A stretch of 64,000 nt of DNA from Sminthopsis crassicaudata (GCF_048593235.1 NC_133618.1:534474465-534538464); one strand, 5' to 3'; counted from the stretch's first letter, positions 49,068 through 63,021 are shown. A program made the numbers and translations. The notes: generated from the sequence alone by a model not told the origin.

Positions 49068-49863
49068 ACTGTGCATACCCTTTGATCCAGCAGTGTCTCT
49101 ACTGGGGCTGTATCCCAAAGAGATCATAAAAAGGGGGAAGAGCTCACATACGCAAAAATGTTTGTGGCAGCCCTTTTTGTAGTGACAAGAAACTGGAAAC
49201 TGCATGACTGCCCATCAGTTGGGGAATGGCTGAATAAATTAAGCACCTTATGTTATAGAATATTATTGTTCTGTAAGAAACGACCAGAGGAATGATTTCA
49301 AAGAGGCCTGGAGAGACTTACATGAACTGATGCTGAGTGAAGTGAGTAGAACCAAGAGAATATTGTATGCAGCAACAACAATGTTATGTGATGATCAGTG
49401 CTAATGGATATGGCTCTTTTCAACAGTGAGGTGATTCAGATCAATTCCAATAGACTTGTGATGGAGAGAACCATGGTCATCCAGAAAGAGGCTGTGGGGA
49501 CTGAATGTGGATCACAGCATAGTAATTTTTCCTTTTTGTTGTTGTTTGATTGCTCTTTTTTCTTTCTCATTTTTTCCCTTTTTGATGTCATTTTTGCTGT
49601 GCAGCATGATAATTGTGGAAATAAGTATAGAAGAATTGCACATGTTTAACATATATTGGATTACTTGTTGTTTAGGGGAGGGGTGGGGGAAGGGAGAGAA
49701 AAAATCTACAACATAAGATTTTGCAAGGGTGAATGTTGAAAATTATGTATGTATTTTGAAAATAAAAAAACTATTATTTTAAAAAGACAAAAAAATTCCT
49801 TTTTCTGTCTTTTTCTATTTTGTTTTTTTCTTATCTTGTATTTAGTTTTTTAAAAGGTACTTA
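49068..49863 (+). mobile_element. 5'-truncated L1
   Basis: LCIPFDPAVSLLGLYPKEI...; 3' UTR; TSD AAAATATGACTTCTG (49053-49067) / AAAATATGGCTTCTG (49864-49878). Confidence 0.92.
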
Positions 49864-50352
49864 AAAATATGGCTTCTGTTCTGTTCAGTTGGGTTCATGA
49901 AAAGCTACCTTCACCAATTGTCATTTCCTCTACCACCACTTGGCCCTTTCTCTCCCCTCATCTCCCCCCCCCCCAACACACACACACAGACTGTGTTATT
50001 TCTTTCTGTAGGCTTCAATTTCCCCATCTTTCAATGGGGGAAATATAACAATCTCTGTTCTACCTACCACATGGGGACTTTTGAAGAGCTAATGAGATAA
50101 TGGATGGAAAAGTGCTTTGAAAAGTATGAAGTGTTCATGAATACAAGGTTATGTATTATCATCTGGAGGGCCTGGATTCCCAATGGCATGGCAATAGACT
50201 ATCATTCAGCAAACTGCTTCACAGGGACGTTGGAAAATGAAGTTACTCCAGAACAGGATCACTTGTTTCTCCCTCAATTCTTGGCCCAACCATCGTCAGC
50301 AACATGTTCCAGTTCTGTATAAAACTCTGGGAAATTATTTCTTTTTAACTAG

Positions 50353-50354
<2 letters not shown>

Positions 50355-50408
<54 letters not shown>
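50355..50408. repeat. (AT)n microsatellite
   Basis: Perfect run. Confidence 0.95.
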
Positions 50409-50415
<7 letters not shown>

Positions 50416-50609
50416 GAGGACATTTTTAAATGACTAGTTTTATGTTCAAGACCTCACATTGGTTATTATAGGCCCATCAAATGTCAGAGTTAAAAGGGGA
50501 CCACAAACAGAGCTGAGTCTAATGCCCTAATTATACAGATAAAAGAACAAAAGATTAGACAGGTAAAGTGAAATATCCAATGTCTCACATTTATAAGGAC
50601 AGGATTAAG

Positions 50610-51350
50610 GGAGAAAAGTTGAATTTCCTATAGGCACAATATAAAATTCCAGTAAAACAGAGTAATATATCATATGCCTATTGGACATTAGAATTAAATG
50701 TCCCATAGGTATCTCAAATTCAATATACTCAAAGCAGGAGTTAGTATCTTTCCTCCCAAACTCACTTTTCTTCTGAACTTCTCTTTCTCTATCAAGGGCA
50801 TTCCTATTCTCCCTGCCACCCAGGTTCAAGTATCAGCTCTGGTTTCTTGCTTTTGTCTCTTCCCAACCCACACAGCCACCACCCTAGTTCACTCAGGTCT
50901 GCTTTACCTCTCACCTGGATTACTGTAAGAAGCTCCAACTTGGAATCTCTGCCTTGTCTCTTCCCTTCAATTTATTCCCTCCATAGTTTGCCAAAGTGAT
51001 ACTCCTAAAATACAGGTCTGATCTTGCTGCTCTTTGGGTCAATAAATTCCTGTGGTTTCTCAACCATAAATTCCTCTGTTCCACATTTAAAACTCTTCAC
51101 ATCTTGGCTCCAACTTAACTTTCCAGATGTATTTATACTAGTACCCTTCGTGAGCTCTTTGGTCCAGCCAAACTGGCCTTCTAGATTGTCTTCATTCTAT
51201 AAAATGCACTCCCTTGGTCTCTACCTTTAGACTCTCTAATCCCAACTTGGATTCCTCCCCCACCACACTTCTAAAGCTGTCTTCTGTGTATTTGTGTATT
51301 TACTTGTATGTGGTTTTTTTGGTCCTTAAAGAATGTCTGCTCCTTGAAGC
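50610..51350 (+). mobile_element. L2 ORF2 end plus 3' tail
   Basis: TCCCATAGGTATCTCAAATTCAATATACTCAAAGCAG...TCACCTGGATTACTGTAA. Confidence 0.75.
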
Positions 51351-51449
51351 CAGGGACTCTACTTAAATTCCTTAAACAAAGATTGGTGGGATTGGAATAT
51401 AAGGAAGCAGGATGGGATTGGATTTAGGAAGAGATCATGTGGTTTTCTG

Positions 51450-51655
51450 AGCCAGGTGACTCAGTGGATACTGCTGGACTTGAACAAAAAGACCTGTGTG
51501 ATCTTGGGCAAGTCACTTAACCCTATTTAACTCAGTTGCTTGACTGTGAAATAAGCTGGAGAAGGAAATGGCAAACAACTCTGGTATCTTTGCCAGGAAT
51601 ACTCCAAATGGGGTCACAAAGAGTTGGACAGGACTGAAATGACTGAACAACAACA
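51450..51655 (+). mobile_element. Mar1-type SINE
   Basis: CTGGAGAAGGAAATGGCAAAC...GGGGTCACAAAGAGTTGGACA...GAACAACAAC. Confidence 0.85.
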
Positions 51656-51959
51656 CGTGTAGTTTTCCTGTATTTTAATTAACTGTTCTTGCTAATTAGG
51701 TACCAAGCTCAATTGCTTCTGCATAGCTAAAGGAATGTAAGTGGGGTCAGTGCTCATAAATTTTGGAGCCCTCGGGCAAAACCCCCATTGTCCTGCTCCA
51801 GTTTTGTCTAGGAGGTATTTATGTATAGGAAAGAGTTTCTCTCTCCCTCCCCTCCAAAGGCCTAATTACCTCCATCCTCATCTTACTGGACTGGGTTTCA
51901 TTAAAGTAGGAATTTAGCTCAACTTATCTTTGAAGATATCCTTCATTAGAAGGAATTGA

Positions 51960-52190
51960 GTCATTATGTGGGGTTTGGGGGGGATTCAGTTTTGTTTGAC
52001 TTTATGACTCCCTTTGTGGTTTTCTTGGCAAAAATGCTGGAGTGTTTTGTCATTTCTTTCTCCAGCCCATATGAAGAACAGAGATAAACAGCATTAAGTG
52101 ACTTGCTTAGTAAAAACCTGAGGCTGAATTTGAATTCAAGTGTTCCTAACTCAGTGCTCTATCTACTGCACCAGGAATTCAATGTTCAGG
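51960..52190 (-). mobile_element. Mar1-type SINE
   Basis: Antisense TTTCTTGGCAAAAATGCTGGAGTGTTTTGTCATTTCTTTCTCC. Confidence 0.7.
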
Positions 52191-52655
52191 CTGTGTTCTC
52201 AATTGTTAGGGAAATTCAATATAGTATGTTTGATCCCAAATTGACATTCTTCTCACAAGACATGAAGAGTTTGTCTTTGGTAGCTATCCCATCTCACCTT
52301 TCTGCACACCTTTTGCTTCTCTGTTCCCCTTTCATTTTCCACATTCCCAGATGCTGAGAGCCCTCACAGTACACCTATCTGGCTGAAGGTTTCTCATCCC
52401 CAGTCGAATATTTCTTCCTACAGTAAAGAATTTCAACTAGCTCTTGAAATGGAACTCCAAATAAGTAGTAGAATAAAGATAATCCCTTACTCTGTTCACA
52501 TATAATCTTATTTTATCTTCATTACAACTTCAGTAATTTAGGAAGAGACAGATCTTAAATACTACCTTTAAGAGAAAAGAAAATGGAGGTTCAGAAAATT
52601 GAAGCTACCTATATCCAAGTTCATACAAATTTAAGATAGAGTCTGGTGAAACTTA

Positions 52656-52905
52656 GGATAGCTGGATGGTGCAACGGATAGAGAGCAGGGCCTGGAGTCA
52701 GGAAGATTCATCTCCCTGAGTTAAAATCTGGTCTCAGACTCTTACTCACTGTCATCCTGGTCAAATCATTTCACCCTGTTTGCCTCAGTTTCCTCATCTG
52801 TAAAATGAACTAGAGAAGGAAATGGAAAACCACTTCAGTATCTTTGCCAAGAAAACTCCTAATGGGCTCATGGGGACATGACTGAAATGACTGAGCATCA
52901 ACAAT
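52656..52905 (+). mobile_element. Mar1-type SINE
   Basis: Full head, CORE and tail. Confidence 0.88.
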
Positions 52906-53350
52906 GGGGGGAATTCATGCTTTCTAATTCTCAATCTAGCAAGTTCTTTCTTTATACCATGATACTTCTTAGCAGGGTCCTTGTTTTGCTCTTCATTTAA
53001 GCTGCATTGTGGCTTTGTGTATTTTTTTCTAAAATCAATATATAAAATTCCCTTCATTCCTCAGATAGTACCATGTGGATCACCACTATGTTCTGCCTTG
53101 GAATCAATCAACCAATCAATCAGCAAGCATACTAGTGGCCACTCTGAAGGGTCTTTGCAAAGAGATGAGAGTCTGGATTTCATATTGAATAAAAAAGGGA
53201 TCCACTGAAGGTTTTGAGTCCAAATCTGAGGATCATGCATTCAGAGTTGAAAGGAAACTTAGAGGTTCTGACAATCCCACCCATTTTGCACAGGAGGAAG
53301 TCGAGGGAGTTGTCTAAGACCACACAGTGCTACAGGTGGGTAAGAACACA

Positions 53351-53570
53351 GGGGCAGCTAGGTGGCTCAGGGGATATAGTGCTGGGCCAGTTCAAATCTG
53401 ACCTCAGACACTAGCTGTGTGATCCTGAGCAAGTCACTTCACCCAGTTTGCCTCAGTTTTCTCATCTACAACATGAGCCAGAGAAGGAAATGGCAAATCA
53501 CTCCTGTATTTTTGCTAAGAAAATCCTAAAAGGGGTCATGAAAAATCAGACACTGCTGAAAATAATGGAT
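53351..53570 (+). mobile_element. Mar1-type SINE
   Basis: GGGGCAGCTAGGTGG...GAGAAGGAAATGGCAAATCAC...GGGGTCATG. Confidence 0.85.
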
Positions 53571-53594
53571 TTTTAAAATGCTAGTATCAAGGTC

Positions 53595-53596
<2 letters not shown>

Positions 53597-53640
<44 letters not shown>
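53597..53640. repeat. (GT)22 microsatellite
   Basis: Perfect run. Confidence 0.95.
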
Positions 53641-53644
<4 letters not shown>

Positions 53645-54968
53645 CCACAGGGTACCAGAATACATAATCACCACACAAAGATGTGTGATATGATTCATAC
53701 AACAAGCATTTATGCAGTTCTTGCAGTGCACCAGGTGTTGGACATACAAAAACAAAACAAAAAACATAAAACCCCTGTCCCTGCCCTCAAGAAGCATTGT
53801 CTTAGCCCTTGTACCTAATCCCCCCCCACTCCAGGGTGACAAGGTACTTGATTTATACCCTAAGCATTTCTATGGCAGACAGACATTCATCAAGCCCTGC
53901 TATGTACCAGGTACCACGCTGGTCTCTGGAAATACAAAAGCAAGCAAGAAGTATATGATTCTCAGAATCATTCGAAGCAAGGCAGCAGGGAGAGCCAGAG
54001 TGCCCTGGATAGTTCCTCTGAAGTGGACCAGGTGCTCCAAGCTACCACAGAGGTCATTCCACCCAGGGTACAGAAGGCTCTGGGTAACTGGGTTTTTCTG
54101 CTTTCCCCAAGCTCAGGAAATGCTTCATCTAGTCTAATAACCACGGTGGTCTACCTCTACCGGAGAGGAAACAAACCACATGCACAACCCACTCCGAGAG
54201 TTCACACACAAGAGACAGGCGGACGGCTATGAGAGCATGGGCCGGGAGCTGGGGCCACCCTGAGCTATGCAAATGGATATGGAAAGAATGAGTGGAGAGC
54301 CAGGGCCACAGGTTTCCTTTCTGCCTTCTGCAGAAGAGCAGGCAAGAAGGGTTGGTGGGTGGGGGGCTCTGAGGAGACTCACTCAAGTATCTCCAGCTCC
54401 AACACATCCAATCAGGGCAGTTTGTTTTGTCTCTCTGGGTCTCAGTTTCCTTGTTTCTAAGGACTGTTGTGAGAATCAAATAAATTCATTAAAACATTTT
54501 AAAATATGAAATATTACACAAACACAGCCTATTAATATGGCTTATTATTCTCAGTCTTTTCTTAGTTTCTTATAATAATCCTCAGAACACTCAGCCCCTA
54601 TAGAGAGGGACACAGGAAAACGGAAGGAATTGTGTTTGAGCTGAGTGTGACTGTGCCTTTTGCTATCACTTTCCAAATTTTAGTTTTCTCTTAGCAGGAG
54701 TCCTCTCCACCAGCTTTCTCTGTCCTTTGATTCTTATTCCCTCCCCTCAGGATCTCAGTGCCCCGAATCCCTCTTCTCGCCAAATCTGTCCTCAGCAAAT
54801 TTGTTATCAGTCATTTACACCTAGTCCTTAGTAAGAGCACATTTCTGCCACTACATGCCTCCCAGAGGGAGTTCCACTTTAACCTCTGATTTGTCACTGA
54901 GGAGAGATTCTTGTTAAGACCTGGAAAACAAGTAGGAAGATATTTTAGGAAGGTCACTGAAATGATAT

Positions 54969-55360
54969 TGTGGGATCAATTCAGATGGATGTGGCTCTCG
55001 TCCACAATGAGCTGATCCAGGCCAGTTCCAATGATCTTGTGATGAAGAGAGCCATCTGCACCCAGAGAGAGGATTGTGGATCACAACATAATATTTTCAC
55101 CTTTTTTGTTGTGGTATGCTTGCATTTTGTTTTCTTTCTCATTTTTTCCCTCTTGGATCTGATTTTTTTGTGCAGCAAGATATTTGTGAAAATATGTATA
55201 GAGTAATTGTACATATTTAATATATATTAGATCACTTTCCGACTTGGGGAGGAGGGGAAGGGAGGGAAAAAAATTTAGAACATAGGGTTTTGTAGGTGTG
55301 AATGTCAAAATTTATCCATGTATATGTTTTGAAAATAAAAAGCTATAATTTAAAAAAAAA
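54969..55360 (+). mobile_element. 5'-truncated L1 (3' UTR)
   Basis: 3' UTR plus poly(A); TSD TGAAATGATAT at 54958-54968 and 55361-55371. Confidence 0.92.
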
Positions 55361-56164
55361 TGAAATGATATCATGTAGACAACTATCTACTCTGTTGATC
55401 TGCAAAGACACTTGGATTGGCCATTTTTTAAGTCCAGGTTATGATTTTTCTTAAAGCCTGTGTACAATGTGAGAAGTTGAATGGACAGAGTCCCAACGCC
55501 AAACACGAGGCTGGGAAATGTAACGAAAGGTTGCTGTATTTGGATTCAAACAACTTGGGTTCTAGTATTTATTCTGTTCTGCTCTGGGTGAGCTTTGGCA
55601 AATCACACAAACTCTCTGGGGAAGCCACCTGCTCATCCTCCATGATGGCAGATAATAGACCTCTTGGCTAAGCACAAAGCAGTATGCAAATGTAAGAGGT
55701 TAATTATTATTGAAACCCAAACCTGGGCTAGAAACTAAACCTGGTTCAGTTCCAAGAAAGGAAGCCCATCTTACTTAGAAATGGACACTTTCATCTGAGA
55801 GGCTGCATTTGGAGGTTTGTCCTTGGGCCCCTTTCCTCACCACAGGAACTCAGAACAAGGCAGGGCTGCACTCCAGGTGACTGACTGCAGCAACACCTTT
55901 TGCCCTCAGGCGTCTGTGGTGGGGGGCCCAGGCCGTGTTTTTTGTTTTTTTTTTTGGTTTTGCCTTGAAGACCAACATCTGAAGTTAAAAGAGCTTCCTC
56001 CTGCACCCTCTAAGCTCTGTGTTAATGAGCGAGGAAATAAAACTCTATAGCTGGGGTTTTGATCTTTTTTGTGTGAGTGTTGGACTCTCCTTCCTCAAAA
56101 TAATGTTGTTTTGTCATAAAAATCATAATTGAAACAAATTCTGAATTTTGGTTAGATGAGGAAA

Positions 56165-56390
56165 GAAGGAACAAAATATTTATTAAGCACTTATTCTGTG
56201 AAAGGTACTGTGTTAAGTGCTTTACAAATATTACCTTATTTGCTTTTCACATCAATGCTAGGAGGTAGATATTGTTATTGTCCTCATTTTAAAATTGAGG
56301 AAACCGAGGCAAACAGAGGTTAAGTGACCCAGCTAGTAAGAATCTGAGGCTAAATTTGTCTTCCTGACTAGACCCACACACCTTTTGTCC
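56165..56390 (-). mobile_element. MIR
   Basis: ATTTATTAAGCACTTA...TGAGGAAACCGAGGCAAACAGAGGTTAAGTGAC. Confidence 0.8.
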
Positions 56391-57610
56391 AGGTGAATGA
56401 AATTTCTAGGTTATCAAAAATAAAGATGCAGTTTTTTTCCCCTTCTAAGTTTACAGAATCCCTGGAATCTACTCAGATCCTTAGAGGTTCTGGGACCCTG
56501 AGTGAAAGACTCAAGAGCATCATTAGCCTCTCTCCACCTTCCTTTGTCCTGAACAAACATGACCTAGGCCTTGGGCCAACTGGAGGCTTTTGTAGCCAAA
56601 CTGGCTTTCTGCACCATAACAGAGGGATGGTGTGACATCCTTGTTCATTCACCATTTCAAGTGTGTCAGTTCGTCTTCACAATAAATCTGATACTTCTAA
56701 AACTCTTCTGTACCCTCCTTGCTGCCCTCCACAGAGCTTAAATCCCTGTGAAGTAACTGGCAGATTGCAGGAGGATAGCAGGATTGAACGGGGGCTGATG
56801 TTACTCTGGCTTGCAGGTGTTGGAGCATTATTTGGTGTTCTAGGGGATCAATGGCATTCCTGCAGCTGGGACAGATGTAGATGATGATAAAGCTTTTCTA
56901 GAGCTGATAATCTGGCCTTCATCTCTCACTTCTCACATAGAATGACTAAGAAGTATATATCAAGACTCTCCCATTCCTACCTAACTCTTTAAAAAATTTT
57001 TTTTAAAAATTCTAAAATTATAATATAAGAAGACTGTGCATGAAACTGCAGATCTATTATGCATGACTTGCTATTCCTTTTAAATATGTAATATGGTTGT
57101 CATGTAAATTTATTTCCCTCTTCCCTCCTTTTTTTTTTCCTCTCCTACTTCCTTCCTAGAGATGCTTACCATTAGACACCCAAGAATGCTAGGTGGGGTC
57201 TGTTGGGATTTTTTTAGCTTTCTTTTTTTCTTTTCCAAATTTATTTAGTATTTTATTTTTCCCTACTTATATACAAGTTTTAAGATTTATCTTTAAAACT
57301 TTTGAGTTCCATTTATTTAGTATTTTGTTTTTCTTTAATTACATGTAAAAACTTTTCAAAGATTCATCTTAAAAACTTTGAGTTCAAATCCTCTCCCTTT
57401 CCTCATCCTGTTCATTGAAAAGATAAGCAGTTCACTATAGGTTATACATGTATAGGTCAAACAAAACATATTTCTAACCAACAACAACAAAAAAAAATCT
57501 CAAGAAAAATAAAGTTTAAAAAAAAAAAAAAGGTACGCATCAATCTGTTTTCAAACACCAACAAGTTTTTAGGGATGGATAACATTTTTCTTTATAAGTC
57601 CTTCAGAATT

Positions 57611-59065
57611 ATCCCAAAACTCAGGATTCCGGGATAAGAATTCACTATTTCACAAAAATTGCTTGGAAAACTGGATAATAATATGTCAGAAACTTGGCAG
57701 AAACCTATATCTCACACCTCATACCAAAATAAGGCCCAAATGGGTACATGATTGGGACATAAAGGCTGATGCCATAAGCAAATTAGTTTACTTATCAGAT
57801 CTGTGGAGAAGGGAGGAATTTATGACCAAAGAAGAACTATTATGAAATGCAAAATAGACAACTTTGATTACATCAAATTAAAAAGGTTTTGCATAAACAA
57901 AAGCAACACAAACAAGATTAAAAGGGAGGTACAAAGGTGGGGGGAAAATTTTACAATCAGTGTTTCTGATAAAGGCCTCACTTCTAAAATGTATAAAGAA
58001 CTGTGTCAAATTTATAATACAAGCTATTCCCCAATAGATAAATGGTCAAAGGATATGAACAGATAATTTTCAGACCTTGAAATTAAAGCCATCTAAAATG
58101 CTCTAAATCACTATTGATTAAAGAAGTACAAATTAAAACAATTCTGAGGTACCACCTTATGCCTCTCAGAAAAAGATAATGATAAATGTTGAAGGGAATG
58201 TGGAAAAAGGGGCACACTAATACACTGTTGGTGGAGTTGTGAACTGATCCAACCATTCTAGAGAGCAATTTGGTGCTTTACCCAAAGGACTATAAAACTG
58301 TGCATATCCTTTCATCCAGCAGTGTTACTCCTAAGGAAATCATAAAGGAGGGAAAAGGACCCATATATGCAAAATTGTTTATAGCAGCTCTTTCTGTAGT
58401 GGCAAACAATTGGCAAATGAGTAGATGCCCATTAATTGGGAAATGGCTGAATAAGTTATGGTATATAAAAATAATGGAGAATTATTGTTCTATAAAAAAT
58501 GATGAACAAGATGATTTTAGAAAGACCTGGAAAGATTTACATGAACTGATACTGCACAAAACAAATAAAGCCAGGAATACATTGTACATAATAACAGCAA
58601 AATTGTGCAATGATCAATTAGGAAAGATTTGGTTCTCCTCAGTGGTTCAGATATCCGAAGGCAATGACAATAAACTTTAGTTAGAAAATACCATCTACAT
58701 CCATAGAGGGAACTATAGACAATGAATATCAATCAACACATGCTATATTCACTTTTTTGTTTCCTTTTTTCTTGTTTTCTTTTCCTTTTATGGCTTTTCC
58801 CTTTGGTTCTGATTTTTCTTTCCCAACATGATTCATACAGAAATGTGTTTTCAATATTAATGTACATGTATGACCAGAAAAAAACAATAATATAAAGACA
58901 AAACAAACAAAAAATCTTTAGATCTAAGAGCTAGTCTCCAAATTGAAGAGTCAATCAAATAAATGAAAGTATTAAAATTGTAGAGAATCAGAAAAACATA
59001 AAATTGTCCCTAATAAACTGTGGGTGAATAAATGCTTAAAAAAACAAAAGAAAAAAAGAAAAAAA
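57611..59065 (+). mobile_element. 5'-truncated L1 with extra 3' segment, nested in the host L1
   Basis: ORF2 C-terminus (FDKNCLENW..., SDKGL, KWSKDMNR); perfect 15-bp TSD AAGTCCTTCAGAATT at 57596-57610 and 59066-59080. Confidence 0.92.
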
Positions 59066-61301
59066 AAGTCCTTCAGAATTGTCTTGAATTATTATATTGA
59101 TCAGAATGGCTAAGTTATTCACAGCTAAGTTATTCACATTATCTTATAATATTGCTTTTACTTTGTACACAGCACATTTCACTTTGCATCAGCTCATGGA
59201 AGTCTTTCCTGGTTTTCTTGAGAGCATCTGCTCATCATTTCTTATAGCACAATAGTACTCCATCACAATCATATACCACAATTTGTTCAGCCATTCATCA
59301 ATTCATGAATCATCCTTCCAATTGCAAACTCCCTACCACCAGAAAAAAAGCTGCTCTAATTATCTCCCTCTGTATAGGTCCTTTTCCCTTTTATTTTTTG
59401 TATCTTTTTGGATACAGACCAGATAGTGGCACTGCTACATCAAAGGATAGGCAAATTTTATAGCCCTTTGAGCATAGTTCCAAATTATTCTAAAATGATT
59501 GAATCAGTTTACAACTTCACCAATAATTTATTGATATATCATTTTTCCAATATACCCTTCAACATTTGTCATTCTCTTTTTCTGTCCTATTAGCCAATCT
59601 TATAGTTTTGAGGTAACACCTCAAAATTGTTTCAATTTGCATTCCTCCTATCAATAACAATTTAGAACTATAAATAACTTTGATTACTTTATCTGAAAAC
59701 TTTATAACTTTTGATCATTGACCATTTGGGAAATGGCTCCTATTTTTATAAATTTGACTCAGTTCTCTTTATTTTTGAGGAATAGGCCTTTTTCAGAGAT
59801 TGATTTTTTTTTTTTCACAATTATAATTGCTAAATGTATTTCCCTTCATCCTATTTCCCTCATCCTATTTTTTTCTATTTTTCTCTCCTTTCACCCTGTC
59901 CCTCTTCAAAAAAAAATTTTGGTTTTGGTCACCTCTTTCTTTAATCTGCTCTCCCTTCTATCACCTCTTCACTCTTGTTTTATATTCTTTCATTCCTACT
60001 TTCTTGCAGGATAAAATAGAGTTCTATATCCAGTTGGGCGTGTATGTTATTCCCTTTTTGAGCCAATTCTGATGAGATCAAGTTTCACTCACTCTCTCTA
60101 CCTCCCATCTCCACCATCTTCCCTTGTAAAAGCTTTTTCTTGACTCTTTTATGTAGAGATAATTTTATTTCATTTTACCTCTCCCTTTTCTTTTTTCCCA
60201 ATGCATTCCTTTCTCACCTCTTAATTTTATTTTAAAAATATAATTCTTTCATATTCAACACCTGTGCCTTCTGTCTATGTATTCTACTAACTCTCCTAAT
60301 AATGAGAAAGTTTTTATGAGTTACAAGTATCTTGCCATATAGAAATATAAATGGTTAAAACTTATTAAGTCCCTGATTATTTCCCTTTCCTGTTTACCTT
60401 TTTATGCTTCTCTTGAATCTTGTGTTTGAAAATCAAATTTTCTATTCAGTTCTGGTCTTTTCAAAAAGAATGCTTAAAAGCCCTTTATTTCATTGAATAT
60501 TCATTTTTTCCCTGAATATTTGAAGATTTAGTTTTGCTGGGTAGATGATTCTTGGTTGTAATCCTAGTTCTTTTTGCCCTTTAGCGTATTATATTCTAAG
60601 CCCTCCAATTCTTTAATGTAGAATATCTTGTAGTTCCATGATACATGATTTGTTTCTTTCTAGCTGCTTGAAATATTCTCTTTTTGACATGGGAACACTG
60701 AAATTGGGCTATATTAATCCTGAGATTTTTCATTTTGGAATCTCTTTTAGAATATATTTAGAATGCAAATGTATTTTTTGCATTTATATTTGATCTTCTG
60801 CTTCTAGGATATTAGCTATTTTTATATATAATTTCTTGAAAGATGACATCTAGGTTTTTGGGGGATGGTTTTTTTTTTTTTTATTGTTGTTTGTTTTTTG
60901 ATCACGGCTTTCATAGTCCAATAAATTTTAAATTATTTCTCCCGGATGTACAATTCAGTTCACTGTTTTTCCAATGACATATTTCAGTCTATTATTTCAT
61001 ATTTTTTTGTTTTGTTTTATTGTTTTTTGATTTCTCAAAAAGTTATTTGTTTCCATTTGCCCAATTCTAATTTTTAAGAAATTATTTTCTTTAGTGAGCT
61101 TTTGTACCCCCTTTCTATTTGGTCAATTTTACTTTTTAAGGAGTTTTTTTCTTTAGTGAATTTTTGTGTCTCCTTTTCCATTTGGCTTTCTTCTCCTCAT
61201 TGCCTTTTTGTCTCTCTTCTACCATTTTGCCTATTCTCTTTTTTAAGGTGCTATTCTCTTTGGTTTTTTTTTTTTTCCTTCTTTACCAAGCTGTTGCCTC
61301 T

Positions 61302-62989
61302 TTTTTGTTTTTTTCTTTTTCTTCTTTTTATTTGAAAAAAAAACAGAGTAAGAAAAAAAAAAGGAAAACAGAAAAGAAATATGCAAAATATGCTGTCATG
61401 TCAACAGAATATCAGGGAGGATTAAAAAATATATAAAAACAAATTACCACATCAAGAAAGCATAATTATTATTAATAAAAATTATATTCATGAATGACCA
61501 TTGTTTCTTTACTTCCTTGTAAATTGTTCTTTGATTTCCTATTGCTCACCTCATTTACTTTATTTTTTTTCTCCCCTCACCACCCTCAAGCAAGCTACAT
61601 TTAAGAAAAGATATATTTATATATACATATATAGAGACATACATCCATTCATACCCACACCCACTGCACATAGACACACATATCTTTCTATACTTGCTGC
61701 CTCTTTAATTAAATTCTACTCCATAACTTGCCTTGCTATTACTTAACCTCTCTCTACCCAAGGATCCCTCCTTTGTCTTCTTCCCTTACTCTTTGCTTCT
61801 CAGTCCATTCTTCTCCACTTATTTATTTATACATTTTGGAGGAAGTTATACCCATCATGTTATATAGGTAATGTTACCTATTAAACCCATTCCTGATGTG
61901 AGTAGGTTTTCAGAACTATAAGCCCTCCTCTCTCTTCTAATGACTCTATGTCTCTTCTTCCTCTGAACCTCATTTATATAACAAGATTATTATTTTTATC
62001 TTAACTTTGCCAATCTTTCTTTTGAGCTACCCTATTGTTGATGTGAATCTTAGATACATACATATATATATATATACACATACATAAAAACATAAATAAT
62101 TTGTCCATGTTTAAACAGTTTGTCCATGTTTAAGTTTCTTAAAATTGATTTTTCATATTGACTCTTATATGTTAAATTTTTTGTTAGGTTCAGGTTTGAT
62201 TGATAGAAAGTGAAAATCTACAAGTTTGTTGAATGTCCATTTTTTTTCTCATTCAGGATTATAGGTAATTTTGCTGGATATGATATTTTGGGGCACATGA
62301 CTAGTTCTTTTGATTGTCAATAGATGTGATTCCAGAACTTATGGCCTTTTATTATAGCTACTGATAAGTCTTGTATAATTTTACTTATAGCTTCCCATAT
62401 TTGAATTGGTTTTTTTTCTCATTTCTTGAAAAATTTTTCTCATTGATCTAGAGATTTCAAAATTTGGCAATCATATTCCTGTGTGTTTTCCACACAGGAT
62501 CTCTTTGAAGTAGATTTTTTTCTATTTTTACTTTCCCCTCATGTTCTATCATCCCAGGACAATATTCTTGGATTATTTTCTGCATTATTGTGTCAAAGTT
62601 TTCTTTTGGGTCAGAATTTTCTAGCAATCCAATTATTCTTTTATTTTCTCTTCTTGATCTGTTTTCCAGATCTACTGTTTTTTAATGTTTCACATTCTAT
62701 TCTATTTTCTCATTTTTTATATCTATTTTGCTCTTTCTTGGTCTCTCATAGCTTCACTGTCTTCCTCTTGCCCAATTCTAATTTTCAAAATATTTTTCAT
62801 CTTTGAGACTCTGTACTTCTTTTTCTAGATGGTTAATTTTTTTCATAAGCTTCTTGGGGTTTTTTGGATGGTTTTAATTTTTTCTTTAGTTTTTCCTCAA
62901 TGTCTCTCATATGATTTTTGAATTCTCTTTTGAGTTCTATAAATTCTCTTTGGGCAGGGAGCCATTTCACATTACTCTTTGGAATAGAA

Positions 62990-63021
<32 letters not shown>

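Noticed and set aside
7628-53570. tRNA-like A/B boxes at several sites
   Set aside because: They are heads of CORE-SINEs (Mar1, WSINE1, MIR), not tRNA genes; there is no cloverleaf 3' half.
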